Shown here: positions 38,901 to 48,956 of the stretch, one piece after another
Layout of the letters: every line of letters begins with the position of its first letter
Position numbering within the stretch: the stretch's first letter is position 1
Origin: an uncultured Pseudomonadota bacterium
GTDB taxonomy: Bacteria > Pseudomonadota > Alphaproteobacteria > JACZXZ01
NCBI GenBank assembly: GCA_963749075.1
Contig: CAVVLJ010000020.1
Span: 831,924 to 895,923, forward strand
Reading direction: 5' to 3'
Length of the DNA stretch: 64,000 nt
Notes under the pieces: model-generated
The model's input: only the letters and a program-made list of their open reading frames with translations
Told to the model about the DNA's origin: nothing
Databases searched by the model: none
Program-made: the position numbers and the translations under genes

Positions 38901-39557
38901 TCAGCCCGATCCTGCGGTCTTGGCGAGGGCGTGGCGGACGAGGACGAGGCGATCGTTGCCCCAGAAGAGGCGCTCGCCCACGAAGAAGGTCGGCACGCCG
39001 AAGGCGCCGCGCGCGAAGGCCTCCTCGACCGTGGCGCCGAGCTCGGCCGCGATGCCTTCATCCGCAAGCGGCTCGGCCACGAGGGCGGGCTCGAGGCCGA
39101 GCTCCGCCGCGAGGGTGGCGAGCGTCTCGCGCTCGACCCGGCGATGCTCGGCGAAGATGGCGCGGAAGAGACGGAGGCTAAAGGGGACGAGCGCGCCTGA
39201 GCGGCCGGCGGCGAGGCAAGCGCCGGCGAGCACGCGGGGATCGAGGACGAGCGCCTGCGGCTCGCGATAGGGCACGCCGTAATAACCGGCCCAGCATTCG
39301 GCGTCGTATTGCCGGTAGGCCCAGTCATATTGGCCGGAGACGGGTTGGCCGGAGACGGGTTGGCCGGAGACGGGTTGGCCGGAGACGGGCGGGCCCGCGA
39401 AGGGGCTTTGGCCGCGGCGCGCCATGAGATCGACGCTGCTCAGCGGACGCCAGCGCACGCGGCAGCCGGTTTCGGCTTCGAGGGCGGCCATCTGCGTCGC
39501 CGCCAGATAGGAGTAGCGGCTGCCGAGGCCGTAGAAGAAATCGACGGTCCGGGTCAT
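38901..39557 (-). CDS. DsbA/2-hydroxychromene-2-carboxylate isomerase (GST-kappa) family protein
   Basis: VDFFY...SRYSYLA; GAFGVPTFFVG..LFWGNDRL. Confidence 0.85.
   Translation of the reverse strand: MTRTVDFFYGLGSRYSYLAATQMAALEAETGCRVRWRPLSSVDLMARRGQSPFAGPPVSGQPVSGQPVSGQPVSGQYDWAYRQYDAECWAGYYGVPYREPQALVLDPRVLAGACLAAGRSGALVPFSLRLFRAIFAEHRRVERETLATLAAELGLEPALVAEPLADEGIAAELGATVEEAFARGAFGVPTFFVGERLFWGNDRLVLVRHALAKTAGSG
39330..39389. repeat. 15-bp tandem repeat x4 (PVSGQ x4)
   Basis: TTGGCCGGAGACGGG repeated four times exactly, in frame. Confidence 0.95.
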
Positions 39558-39583
39558 CCTCGCAGGCGCTGGTGCGCGTCCGC

Positions 39584-40432
39584 TCAGCCCTCGCTCACCT
39601 TATTGCGCAAGATCCCGATGCCCTCGATCTCCATCTCGACCACGTCGCCCTTCTTCATGAAGACGGGCGGCTTGCGCACGAAGCCGACGCCGGGCGGCGT
39701 GCCCGTCGGGATGAGGTCGCCGGGCTCGAGCGTGGTGAAGCCCGAGCAATAGGCGACGATCTCCTCGACCGGGAAGATGAGCTGCGCCGTCGTGCTGTCC
39801 TGCAGGAGGCGGCCGTTGAGCTTGGTGGTGAGCCTCAGGTGGGAGGGATCCTTGAGCTCGTCGCTCGTCACCATCCAGGGCCCCACGGCGCCCGACTTGG
39901 GGAAGTTCTTGCCCGGCGTGAACTGCGAGGTGTGCATCTGCCAGTCGCGCACCGAGCCGTCGTTGTAGATGGTATAGCCGGCTATGTATTTGAGGGCGTC
40001 CTTGGCGGCCACCCGGCGCGCCCGCCGGCCGATCACCAGGCAGAGCTCGACCTCGTAGTCGTAGTGCTCCGAATCCTTGGGCTTCATGATCGACTGCTCG
40101 TGGCCCACGTGGCTGTCGGGGAAGCGCACGAAGACGACGGGCTTGGGCGGCGGCTTGAGCCCGGCCTCGGCCGCGTGGTCGGCGTAGTTGAGGCCGATCG
40201 CGAGGATCTTGGACGGCGCCGTGATGACCGGAAGGAAAGTCACCTGGCTCATGCGCACGTCCGCCTTCGCACCCTTGACGAGACGCCGGGCAGCTGCGAG
40301 GCCGTTGCCCGCGAGGAGCGCCTTCAAGGTCGGATATTGCCTGCCGAGGCGGCGGCCGAGATCGACGATGCCGCCGTCCACCACGGCGCCGTAGCTCTCG
40401 CGGCCCTTCAACTTGAAGCTCATCAGTCGCAT
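39584..40432 (-). CDS. Fumarylacetoacetate hydrolase family protein
   Basis: IGLNYADH, DYEVEL, YNDGSVRDWQ, GKNF, TGTPPGVG. Confidence 0.92.
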   Translation of the reverse strand: MRLMSFKLKGRESYGAVVDGGIVDLGRRLGRQYPTLKALLAGNGLAAARRLVKGAKADVRMSQVTFLPVITAPSKILAIGLNYADHAAEAGLKPPPKPVVFVRFPDSHVGHEQSIMKPKDSEHYDYEVELCLVIGRRARRVAAKDALKYIAGYTIYNDGSVRDWQMHTSQFTPGKNFPKSGAVGPWMVTSDELKDPSHLRLTTKLNGRLLQDSTTAQLIFPVEEIVAYCSGFTTLEPGDLIPTGTPPGVGFVRKPPVFMKKGDVVEMEIEGIGILRNKVSEG

Positions 40433-40619
40433 GGCGCGTTTCCTTTCCGAGACCGGCTCTTCCTTGACGCGCTGCCGCGCGCCCGCGGAGCATCCCAGGG
40501 CGGCGGTGCCGAGTCAATCGGGCTCGGCCGGCCCTGCTGCGGGGTGGCGCGATGGCGGTCGTCCTGCTATGGTTCCTCGATCAACCGACAAGGCCAGAAG
40601 GCCGCTCTGGGAGGGTGCC

Positions 40620-41822
40620 ATGCGACTGCTGCAAATCCTGGGATGCCTCGCGCTCGCCGTGGCGCTGTCCGCGGCCGCGCGCGCCGAGACCGTGAAGATC
40701 GGCGTCGTGCTGACCTATTCGGGCGTCAATGCCGAGTACGGCCAGCAGATCACGCGCGCCATGGAGCTTTACATGAAGCTCCACGAGAAGGATCTCGACG
40801 GCAACAAGATCGAGCTCATCAAGCGCGATTCGGGTCCGCCCACGGGTGCCGGCGCCAAGACCGACGTGACCGAGCTGATCACCCAGGACCACGTCAACAT
40901 GCTGATCGGCTTCATCTTCTCGCCGGATGCCATCGCCAGTGCTCCGGTCGTAACACAGGCCAAGGTGCCGATGATCGTGGTCAACGCGGGCACCGCCTGG
41001 ATCACCAACCTCTCGCCCTATATCGCGCGCACCTCGTTCTCCATGTGGCAGTCGGGCTATCCCATGGGGAGCTATGCCGCGAAGACGCTCGGCTGCAAGA
41101 CGGCGGCGGTCGGCTACACCGACTATCCGCCGGGCAAGGACGAGCTCGCGGCCTTCTCGAAGGGCTTCGAGGGAGCGGGCGGCAAGGTGGTCGACGCGAT
41201 CCCCATGGGCAATCCCGTGCAGGTGCCCGACTTCACGCCCTTCCTGCAGCGCGTCAAGGACGAGAAGCCCGATTGCTTCTACGTCTTCGTGCCGGCCGGC
41301 GTGCACGCCGCCGCCCTCGTCAAGACCTATGGCGAGCTCGGCCTCAAGGCCGCCGGCATCAAGATGATCGGTCCCCTCGACATCATCCAGGACACCAAGC
41401 TGCAGAGCATGGGCGACGCCGCGGTCGGCCTCATCACCATGGGCCATTACGCCGCCGACTACGACAATCCGGCCAACAAGGCCTTCGTCAAGGAGTGGTA
41501 CGCGGCCTACGGCAATGCCGTGCCGCCCGACTTCATGGCGGTGGCGGGATGGGACGGCATGGCCGCCGTCTTCCACGTGATCGAGACGCTCCACGGCAAG
41601 ATCGACCCGGACAAGGCGATGGCAGCACTCGAGGGCTGGAGCTTCGACAGTCCGCGCGGCCACATCACCATCGACCCCAAGACGCGCGACATCATCCAGG
41701 ACGAGCACGTCCAGGAAGTCGTCAAGCTGCCCGACGGCAAGCTCGGCGTGAAGGTGCTCGAGACGATTCCGGCGGTCAAGGACCCGTGCAAGGAGCTCAA
41801 GATCGATAAGTGCGGCACCTGA
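40620..41822 (+). CDS. Liv-type ABC substrate-binding protein (aromatic-compound-like)
   Basis: Signal peptide; VKIGVVLTYSG; DSPRGHITIDPKTRD. Confidence 0.88.
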   Translation: MRLLQILGCLALAVALSAAARAETVKIGVVLTYSGVNAEYGQQITRAMELYMKLHEKDLDGNKIELIKRDSGPPTGAGAKTDVTELITQDHVNMLIGFIFSPDAIASAPVVTQAKVPMIVVNAGTAWITNLSPYIARTSFSMWQSGYPMGSYAAKTLGCKTAAVGYTDYPPGKDELAAFSKGFEGAGGKVVDAIPMGNPVQVPDFTPFLQRVKDEKPDCFYVFVPAGVHAAALVKTYGELGLKAAGIKMIGPLDIIQDTKLQSMGDAAVGLITMGHYAADYDNPANKAFVKEWYAAYGNAVPPDFMAVAGWDGMAAVFHVIETLHGKIDPDKAMAALEGWSFDSPRGHITIDPKTRDIIQDEHVQEVVKLPDGKLGVKVLETIPAVKDPCKELKIDKCGT

Positions 41823-41857
41823 GGCGCTCTCGAGGACGCTGGCAGCGCCATCGTGCG

Positions 41858-41968
41858 TCCTTCGAGACGCGCCCTTTCAGGGCGCTCCTCAGGATGAGGA
41901 CGGTTTGTGTGTGGCAGAAAGACCCATCCTCATCCTGAGGAGCGAGCGAAAGCGAGCGTCTCGAAGGA
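41858..41968. repeat. Inverted pair of REP-like units (CTCATCCTGAGGAGCG..CGTCTCGAAGGA family)
   Basis: TCCTTCGAGACGC..CGCTCCTCAGGATGAGGA (41858-41900) pairs with TCCTCATCCTGAGGAGCG..GCGTCTCGAAGGA (41927-41968). Confidence 0.85.
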
Positions 41969-42064
41969 TCCGCCGCAGCCAGTCCGAGGCACCTTTTGAC
42001 GAATAGCGCATTTAAAACGAGTTGCACATTTCGGGCGGGGCTCTGAGGGGCGACTGGGGGAGCG

Positions 42065-42937
42065 GTGCAGCACTTCGCCAACGTCGCCGTCAGCATCCTC
42101 TTCGACGGCCTCGCCTACGCGATGATCCTCTTCGTCATCTCCGTGGGGCTCTCGGTCACCATGGGGCTGATGGGCTTCGTCAATCTGGCGCACGGCGCCT
42201 TCGCCATGGCGGGCGGCTACGTCACCGTGAGCCTGACCGAGCGCTACGGCGTGCCCTTCCTCGCAGCACTCGTGGCGGCCTTCGTCTCGGTGGGAGCCGC
42301 GAGCGTGGTGCTCGAGCGCCTGCTCTACCGCCGCCTCTACAAGGCGGGCGAGCTCGACCAGGTGCTGCTCACCATCGGCCTCGCCTTCATGGCGATCGCC
42401 GCCTACACCTTCATCTACGGTCCCACCCCCGAGAGCGTCAAGGTGCCCGCCTATCTCCAGGGCCAGATCGACCTCGGCTTCCGCGTCTTCCCGGGCTACC
42501 GGGTGTTCATGATCGCGGTGGGCGGGCTCCTCATCGCGATCCTGTGGTACGGCTTCGAGCGCACCAGCCTCGGCGCCCGCATCCGCGCCGCCGTCGACAA
42601 CCGCCGCATGGCCCAGTCGATCGGCATCGACGTGGACCGCCTCTTCACCCTCACCTTCGCACTGGGCAGCGGGCTTGCAGCACTCGGCGGCGGGCTCGCG
42701 GTCAATCTCATCGGGCTCACGCCGACCTTCGCCGTGCAGTACCTCGTGCTCTTCCTCATCGTGGTGGCGGTGGGCGGGCTCGGCAGCATCAAGGGCACGG
42801 TGTGCGCTGCACTGGTGCTGGGCATCTTCGACAACGCCGGCAAATACCTCTATCCCGACGGCGGCGGCTTCTTCATCTATGCCATCACCGTCCTCCTGCT
42901 GCTCTTGAAGCCGGCCGGCCTCTATGGCCGGCAGTGA
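42065..42937 (+). CDS. Liv-type ABC permease (LivH-like)
   Basis: GLSVTMGLMGFVNLAHG; GARIRAAVDN; VGGLGSIKG. Confidence 0.9.
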   Translation: MQHFANVAVSILFDGLAYAMILFVISVGLSVTMGLMGFVNLAHGAFAMAGGYVTVSLTERYGVPFLAALVAAFVSVGAASVVLERLLYRRLYKAGELDQVLLTIGLAFMAIAAYTFIYGPTPESVKVPAYLQGQIDLGFRVFPGYRVFMIAVGGLLIAILWYGFERTSLGARIRAAVDNRRMAQSIGIDVDRLFTLTFALGSGLAALGGGLAVNLIGLTPTFAVQYLVLFLIVVAVGGLGSIKGTVCAALVLGIFDNAGKYLYPDGGGFFIYAITVLLLLLKPAGLYGRQ

Positions 42938-43934
42938 GCTCGCCCAAGCGCGGGCGGCGGCCGCGGCGTTCCTGCTGCGCCGCCACCGCTTCCGCGCGGC
43001 CGAGGCGCTGCCCTGGCTCTTGGCGCTCGCGGCCTATTTCCTCTTCCCCGACTACATGGTGTTCGGCGCCCAGCTTCTCATCATGGTGCTGTTCGCCCTC
43101 TCGCTCGATCTCATCCTCGGCTACGCCGGGATCGTGAGCCTGGGCCAGGCGGCCTTCTTCGGTACCGGCGCCTACGCCGCGGGCATGCTCTCGGCGCGGC
43201 TCGGCTGGGACGAGCCCTTGAGCGGCCTCGCCGCGGCCGGTGCCTCAGCCGCCCTCGTCGGCTGGATCTCGGGCTGGTTCCTCTTGCGCTACCGCGGTCT
43301 CACGCTCCTCATGCTGACGCTCGCGACCGCCGCCATGCTGCAGGAGCTCGGCAACGCGCGCGCCGACTTGACCGGCGGCTTCGACGGCCTCACCGGTATT
43401 GCGGTGGCGCCGCTCTTCGGCCGCTTCCAATACGACCTCTACGGCCATACCAACTACCTCTACGTCCTCGCCGTGCTCTTCGTCCTCTTCCTCGCGGTGC
43501 GGCGCATCGTCTATTCGCCCTTCGGCCAGGCGCTGACCGGCATCCGCGAGAACGTACGCCGCATGCACGCGCTCGGCTCGCCGGTGCATGCGCGGCTCGT
43601 CGCGGCCTATACGATCGGTGCGGCGATCGCCGGTATTGCGGGCGGGCTCTATGCCGAGACCAACGCCTTCGTGACGCTGGGCGTGCTCGGCTTCGAGCGC
43701 TCGGCCGCGGTGCTCGTCATGCTCATCCTCGGCGGCGCCGGGCGGCTCTACGGCGCCTTCGTGGGAGCTGCCGTCTACATGCTTCTCGAGCACGACCTCG
43801 CCAAGCTGAGCCCGGAGTTCTGGGAGTTCGGTATCGGCCTCCTCCTGGTGCTGACCGTGCTCTTCGCCCGCCGCGGCCTCCTGGGCGCACTCGAGGACCT
43901 GGCCGGGCTCCTGCGCCGGAGCATCGCCCGGTGA
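42924..43934 (+). CDS. Liv-type ABC permease (LivM-like)
   Basis: LILGYAGIVSLGQAAFFG; ILGGAGRLYGA. Confidence 0.9.
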   Translation: MAGSELAQARAAAAAFLLRRHRFRAAEALPWLLALAAYFLFPDYMVFGAQLLIMVLFALSLDLILGYAGIVSLGQAAFFGTGAYAAGMLSARLGWDEPLSGLAAAGASAALVGWISGWFLLRYRGLTLLMLTLATAAMLQELGNARADLTGGFDGLTGIAVAPLFGRFQYDLYGHTNYLYVLAVLFVLFLAVRRIVYSPFGQALTGIRENVRRMHALGSPVHARLVAAYTIGAAIAGIAGGLYAETNAFVTLGVLGFERSAAVLVMLILGGAGRLYGAFVGAAVYMLLEHDLAKLSPEFWEFGIGLLLVLTVLFARRGLLGALEDLAGLLRRSIAR

Positions 43935-44710
43935 GCGCCGCCGCGCTCGAGACGCGGGGCTTGAGCAAGAGCTTCGGGGCGCTCGCCGTGGCGCGCGACA
44001 TCTCGCTCCGCCTCGAGCGCGGTGCCAGGCGCGGCCTCATCGGGCCCAACGGCGCCGGCAAGACGAGCCTCGTCAACCTCATCACCGGCGCGCTCAAGCC
44101 GTCCTCCGGCCGCGTGCTGCTCGACGGCGAGGACATCACCCAGCTCTCCCAGGCGGCGCGCGCGCGCCGCGGCCTCGCGCGCACCTTCCAGATCAACCAG
44201 CTCTTCCGTGGCCTCTCCGTGCTCGAGAACCTCTGCCTCGCCATCGGCGAGCGCACCGGCGCCTGCAACAACCTCTTCCGGCCGGCGGGCTCCAAGCCGG
44301 CGGTGATCGAGGAGGCGCTCGAGCACCTCGCCACGCACCGCCTCGTCGAGGACGCGCTCCGGCCGGTGCGCGAGCTCGCCTACGGCCGCCAGCGCCTCGT
44401 CGAGATCGCGTTGGCACTCGCCCAGCACCCCCGCGTCCTCCTCCTCGACGAGCCGGCGGCGGGTGTGTCGTCGAGCGAGAGCCATCTCATCCTGGAGGCA
44501 CTCGACCGCCTCGACCCCGACATCGCCATCCTCATCATCGAGCACGACATGGACGTGGTGTTCCGCTTCGCGCGCGATATCACCGTGCTGGTGGGCGGCG
44601 CCGTGCTCGCGGAAGGACCGCCCGCGGCGATCGCCGCCGACGCCCGCGTGCGCGCGGTCTATCTCGGCGAGGAGGCGGGGGAAGGGCGCCCAGAGGGAGG
44701 TCATGGCTGA
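43931..44710 (+). CDS. Liv-type ABC ATPase (LivG-like)
   Basis: GPNGAGKTS, LLLDEP, IEHDM. Confidence 0.9.
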   Translation: MSAAALETRGLSKSFGALAVARDISLRLERGARRGLIGPNGAGKTSLVNLITGALKPSSGRVLLDGEDITQLSQAARARRGLARTFQINQLFRGLSVLENLCLAIGERTGACNNLFRPAGSKPAVIEEALEHLATHRLVEDALRPVRELAYGRQRLVEIALALAQHPRVLLLDEPAAGVSSSESHLILEALDRLDPDIAILIIEHDMDVVFRFARDITVLVGGAVLAEGPPAAIAADARVRAVYLGEEAGEGRPEGGHG

Positions 44711-45419
44711 GGCGGCAGCGGCACTCGAGCTCGTGCGCGTCTCGGCCGGCTACGGCGAGACGGTCGTGCTCGAGGAGGTGAGCCTCGCGGTGGCCGCGGG
44801 CGAGAGCGTCTCCATCGTCGGCCGCAACGGCGTGGGCAAGACGACGCTGCTCGCCACCGTCATGGGCCATACCACGCTCCATGGCGGCGCCGTGCGGCTC
44901 GGCGGCCGCAACGTCTCGCGCCTCGCCATCCACCGCCGTGTCGCGGCCGGCCTCGGCTACGTGCCGCAGGAGCGCGAGATCTTCCCCTCGCTCTCGGTGC
45001 GCGAGAACCTCGAGGTAGCAGGGCGGCCGGGCGCCTGGACGGTGGCCGGCGTGTTCGAGCTCTTTCCCCCCTTGCGCGAGCGCCAGTCGAACGGCGGCAA
45101 CCAGCTCTCGGGCGGCGAGCAGCAAATGCTCGCCATCGGCCGCGCGCTCATGGGCAATCCCGCCGTCGTGCTCATGGACGAGCCCTCCGAGGGCCTCGCG
45201 CCGGTGATCGTGGCAGAGCTCGCCCGCGCCGTGCGGCGCTTGCGCGAGACGGAGGGGCTCACCCTCGTCCTCGTCGAGCAGAACCTGCGCCTGGCGTTCG
45301 AGCTCTCGCCGCGCGCCGTGGTGCTCGACCGCGGCCGCATCGTCTACGACGGCGCCAGTGCGGCCCTCAAATCCGACCCCGCGGCACTCGACCGCCTCAT
45401 CGGGGTGGCCAGGGGGTGA
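44703..45419 (+). CDS. Liv-type ABC ATPase (LivF-like)
   Basis: GRNGVGKTT, LSGGEQQM, LMDEPSEGL. Confidence 0.9.
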   Translation: MAEAAAALELVRVSAGYGETVVLEEVSLAVAAGESVSIVGRNGVGKTTLLATVMGHTTLHGGAVRLGGRNVSRLAIHRRVAAGLGYVPQEREIFPSLSVRENLEVAGRPGAWTVAGVFELFPPLRERQSNGGNQLSGGEQQMLAIGRALMGNPAVVLMDEPSEGLAPVIVAELARAVRRLRETEGLTLVLVEQNLRLAFELSPRAVVLDRGRIVYDGASAALKSDPAALDRLIGVARG

Positions 45420-45674
45420 GCCGGGTGCCGCGCCGGCCGGGACATCGTCTGCCCGGGAAATCGCCCTCCAGGGGCGGCGGCGGTAACGTCATTGACAGCC
45501 GTGGCGCGCCGTGCAAATGGTTGCGCTTACCGCCGGAATTCGCACGCTTCGCATGGGCCGGTGGCCCCGAGCCAGAAAGCGGAGATTTCGGCGGCAGGGA
45601 TGCGCTATCGCAAATCTCGCGCCGGACGCCGCTGGGGAGCGTGCGGCCGCACCGGCGAGCATTGGGAGGACGAC

Positions 45675-46878
45675 ATGAAAAGGCTCTGCATCATCGCGGC
45701 CGCCGCGGCCATCGTCGCGGCGCCGGCGTTCGCAGCCGACGACACCATCACCATCGGGATGACCGTCTCGCAGACCGGCTCCCTCAACGTCAACTCGGTG
45801 GCCCAGCTCAAGGGCGCCGAGCTCTGGCGCGACGAGGTCAATGCCTCAGGCGGTATTGCGGTCGGCGACACGCACTACAAGATCAACTTCGTCGAGTACG
45901 ACGACCAGTCGCAAGGCGGCCGCGTCCAGCAGCTCTACACGCGGCTCATCTTGCAGGACAAGGCGCAGTTTCTCTTCAGCCCCTACTCGTCCGGCTTGAC
46001 GGCGACGGCGGCCGTGATCACCGAGCAGTACGGCAAGATCATGCTGATCGGCGGCGGAGCCGAAGCCAAGACCTACGAGCTCGGCAACAAGTACCTCTTC
46101 CAGTGCATCACCACCGCCGACCACTATCTCACCGGCGCCATCCAGGCGCTCAAGGAGAAGAATCCCCACGCCCAGGTGGCGTTCGTCTATTCCGACGATC
46201 CCTTCTCCAAAGCGGTCGTCGCCGCCGCGCGCACCCAGGCGGCCGAGGCCGGCTTCAAGGAAGTGCTCGTCGAGTCCTATCCGCCCTCGACGACGGATTT
46301 CAGCCCGATCATCAACAAGATCATCTCCGCCAAGGCGGACGCCTTCCTTGGCGGCGGCCATTATCCGGATGGCGCCACGCTGGCGCGCCAGCTCCACGAC
46401 CAGAAGGCGGACCTCAAGTGGGTGTCGATCCTCGTCGCACCCGACAGCCCGCAGTTCGCCACCTTAGGCGCCGCCGCGGCGGGCGTCACGGTGCCTTCCC
46501 AGTGGGAGCCGCAGGTGACCTACAAGCCGGACTTCGGCCCGACGCCGGAGCAATTCGCCAAGATGTTCCAGGACAAGTTCAAGATCGAGGTGGACTATCA
46601 CGCGGCCTCTGGATACGTCGTGGGGCAGATCCTGCAGCACGCCATCGAAGCGGCCGGCTCGATCGATCCCGAGAAGGTCGCCGCGGCACTCAACAAGATC
46701 GACGTGACCACCTTCTTCGGCCACGTCAAGTTCGCGACCGATGCCGCGGCATCACGGCATGCAGACCGCCCACCAGATGGTGCTCGCCCAGTGGCAGATG
46801 AAGGGCGGCAAGCTCGAGAAGGAGATGGTCTGGCCGGATGCGGCCAAGACCGCCAACGTCCTCTACCCGCTCTATTAG
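45675..46878 (+). CDS. Liv-type ABC substrate-binding protein; +1 frameshift near 46749
   Basis: Signal peptide MKRLCIIAAAAAIVAAPAFA with GGGAGG RBS. After KFATDAA, a family-typical C-terminus HHGMQTAHQMVLAQWQ..VWPDAAKTANVLYPLY* continues in another frame. Confidence 0.85.
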
Positions 46879-46898
46879 TGCGGCTCGTCGCGCAATAT

Positions 46899-47071
46899 CC
46901 CTCTCCCAAATCCCTCTCCCGCAAGCGGGAGAGGGAAGGGGCCCATCCCCTAGGGATGGGAAGGGTGAGGGAACGCCAGATGCCGGAGGCGTCCCTCACC
47001 CTCCCATTCCCCCGGGACGAAGTGCCCGGGGGTCGCAATGGGCCCCTCGCTCTCCTGCAAGCGGGAGAGGG
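46899..47071. repeat. Palindromic intergenic repeat, inverted relative of the 9808-9969 element
   Basis: CCCTCTCCCGCAAGCGGGAGAGGG at the left end and CTCTCCTGCAAGCGGGAGAGGG at the right end, with internal hairpins. Confidence 0.8.
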
Positions 47072-47086
47072 TACAGGCATCGCTCC

Positions 47087-47971
47087 ATGATCGGCCTCCT
47101 CGCCTCGATCATCGACGGCGTGCTCGTGGGCTCGGTCTACGGCCTCGCCGCGATGGGCATCACGCTCATCTGGGGCGTCATGGACGTGATCAACTTGACC
47201 CACGGCGCCATGATCGTGGCCGGCATGTTCGGGCTCTATTTCCTCGTCAACGCCGCGGGCCTGCCGGCCTATGCGGCGCTGCCGCCCGTTCTCGTGGCCG
47301 GCTTCCTGGTCGGCGTGGCGCTCTATTGGGTGGCGGTGCACCGCATGATCGGCCGGCCGCCGCTCATGAGCCTGCTCTCCACCTTCTCGGTCAACCTGGT
47401 GCTGATCGGGCTCGGCACCGCCAAGTGGGGCACCGTGCTCTTCAACGTGCCGGTCTCGCTCCCCGGCCTCAGCCTCGGGCGCTACACCTTCCCAGGCACC
47501 CACATCATGGCGGCGGTGCTGACCGCGGTCATCGCCGGGCTCCTCTATCTCTTCCTCTACCGCACGCGGCCGGGGAAGGCGGTGCGCGCGGTTGCCGGCA
47601 ACCGCGAGGCGGCCGAGCTCGTCGGCATCCCGACGACGCGCGTGCTCGCGCTCGCCTTCGGCCTCGGCGTGGCGCTCGCCTGCGTCTCGGGTGCCTTGAT
47701 CGGCACCCTCTTCCCCTTCACCGTGCTGGCGGGCGACGCCTATCAGCTCAAGAGCTTCGTGGTGACGGTGCTGGGCGGCCTGGGCAATCCCACGGGCGCC
47801 CTCATCGGCGGCATAGCACTCGGCCTCGTCGAGGGCCTCGCCACGCCCTTCATGCCGGTGAGCTGGACCCTCGTCATCGAATTCGTGCTCTTCGTGCTGG
47901 TGCTCATCGCGGTGCCCGGCGGGCTCATGAGCCTGCGGCTGCCGCGGCGCGCGCGGGCGTCCTCGCTATGA
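47087..47971 (+). CDS. Liv-type ABC permease (LivH-like)
   Basis: GITLIWGVMDVINLTHG; GKAVRAVA; VLGGLGN. Confidence 0.9.
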   Translation: MIGLLASIIDGVLVGSVYGLAAMGITLIWGVMDVINLTHGAMIVAGMFGLYFLVNAAGLPAYAALPPVLVAGFLVGVALYWVAVHRMIGRPPLMSLLSTFSVNLVLIGLGTAKWGTVLFNVPVSLPGLSLGRYTFPGTHIMAAVLTAVIAGLLYLFLYRTRPGKAVRAVAGNREAAELVGIPTTRVLALAFGLGVALACVSGALIGTLFPFTVLAGDAYQLKSFVVTVLGGLGNPTGALIGGIALGLVEGLATPFMPVSWTLVIEFVLFVLVLIAVPGGLMSLRLPRRARASSL

Positions 47972-47990
47972 GCGGACGGCGAGAGCCCGG

Positions 47991-48956
47991 ATGATCCTCC
48001 GCCGTCCCTTCTTCTGGATCATCGCCGCCATCATCGTCGTCTTCGTCGCGGCGCCGACGCTCGGCAACAACGTGGAGCTGCGCGAGAGCCTGCTCTTGGC
48101 CGCCGTCTACATCACGCTCGCGAGCAATCTCAACGTGATGCTGGGCTATGCCGGCTACGTCAATTTCGGCAGCATCGTCTTCTTCGGCCTCGGCGGCTAT
48201 TTCTGCGTCTATTTCATGAGCGCACTCGGCTGGGGGCTGGCGCCGGCGGCACTCGTGGGCGGCGTTGCGGTGAGTGCCTTGGCTCTCCTCTTCGGGCTCG
48301 GCATCCTGCGCCTGCGCGGCGCCTATTTCGCGCTCGCCACCATCGGCGTCAACGAGGCGGTGATGGCCTTCGTGACCAACTTCGATCCGTGGGGCGGCGG
48401 CACCGGCATCTATCTCTCGACCGAGCTCTTCCAGCCGCTCGGCGGCCCCGGGCGGGCCCTCTGGATCATCTATTACGTGCTGGTGGCGGTGATGGGGCTC
48501 TCGCTCTATCTCAGCTATCTCATCAAGGTGTCGAAGTTCGGCCTCGGCCTCCTCGCCATAGGCCAGAACGAGGACGCGGCCCTGGTGCTCGGCGTGCCGG
48601 CGCCGCGCTACAAGGCGCTCGCCTATAGCGCCTCCGCCTTCCTCCCCGCCATCGCGGGCGGGCTCTACTTTTTCAAAGGCGCCTTCATCCAGCCGACGGA
48701 CGCCTTCGATCTGCAGCTCTCGACCGAGGCCATCGTCATCGCCATGCTGGGCGGCCAGGGCACGGTCCTGGGGCCGGCGCTCGGCGCCTATCTCTACGAG
48801 GAGCTGCGCGGCTGGCTCCTCACCTCCGAAACCTTCTCCGATTTCCAGCTCGTGATCGCGGGCGCGCTCCTGCTCGTCATCGTGCTGTTCGCGCCCGGCG
48901 GGCTCATGGGATGGCTCTACGGCCGCTGGCCGGGCCTGAAGCGGGTGCTCGAATGA
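47991..48956 (+). CDS. Liv-type ABC permease (LivM-like)
   Basis: GYAGYVNFG; LRGAYFALAT; MLGGQGTVLGP. Confidence 0.9.
   Translation: MILRRPFFWIIAAIIVVFVAAPTLGNNVELRESLLLAAVYITLASNLNVMLGYAGYVNFGSIVFFGLGGYFCVYFMSALGWGLAPAALVGGVAVSALALLFGLGILRLRGAYFALATIGVNEAVMAFVTNFDPWGGGTGIYLSTELFQPLGGPGRALWIIYYVLVAVMGLSLYLSYLIKVSKFGLGLLAIGQNEDAALVLGVPAPRYKALAYSASAFLPAIAGGLYFFKGAFIQPTDAFDLQLSTEAIVIAMLGGQGTVLGPALGAYLYEELRGWLLTSETFSDFQLVIAGALLLVIVLFAPGGLMGWLYGRWPGLKRVLE

Noticed and set aside
39330-39389. Short repeat array as a mini-CRISPR
   Set aside because: Head-to-tail tandem units with no spacers.
46749-47090. SBP C-terminal extension through the palindromic repeat (532-aa ORF)
   Set aside because: Produced by the frameshift near 46749; the family-typical C-terminus ends at TAG 46878.
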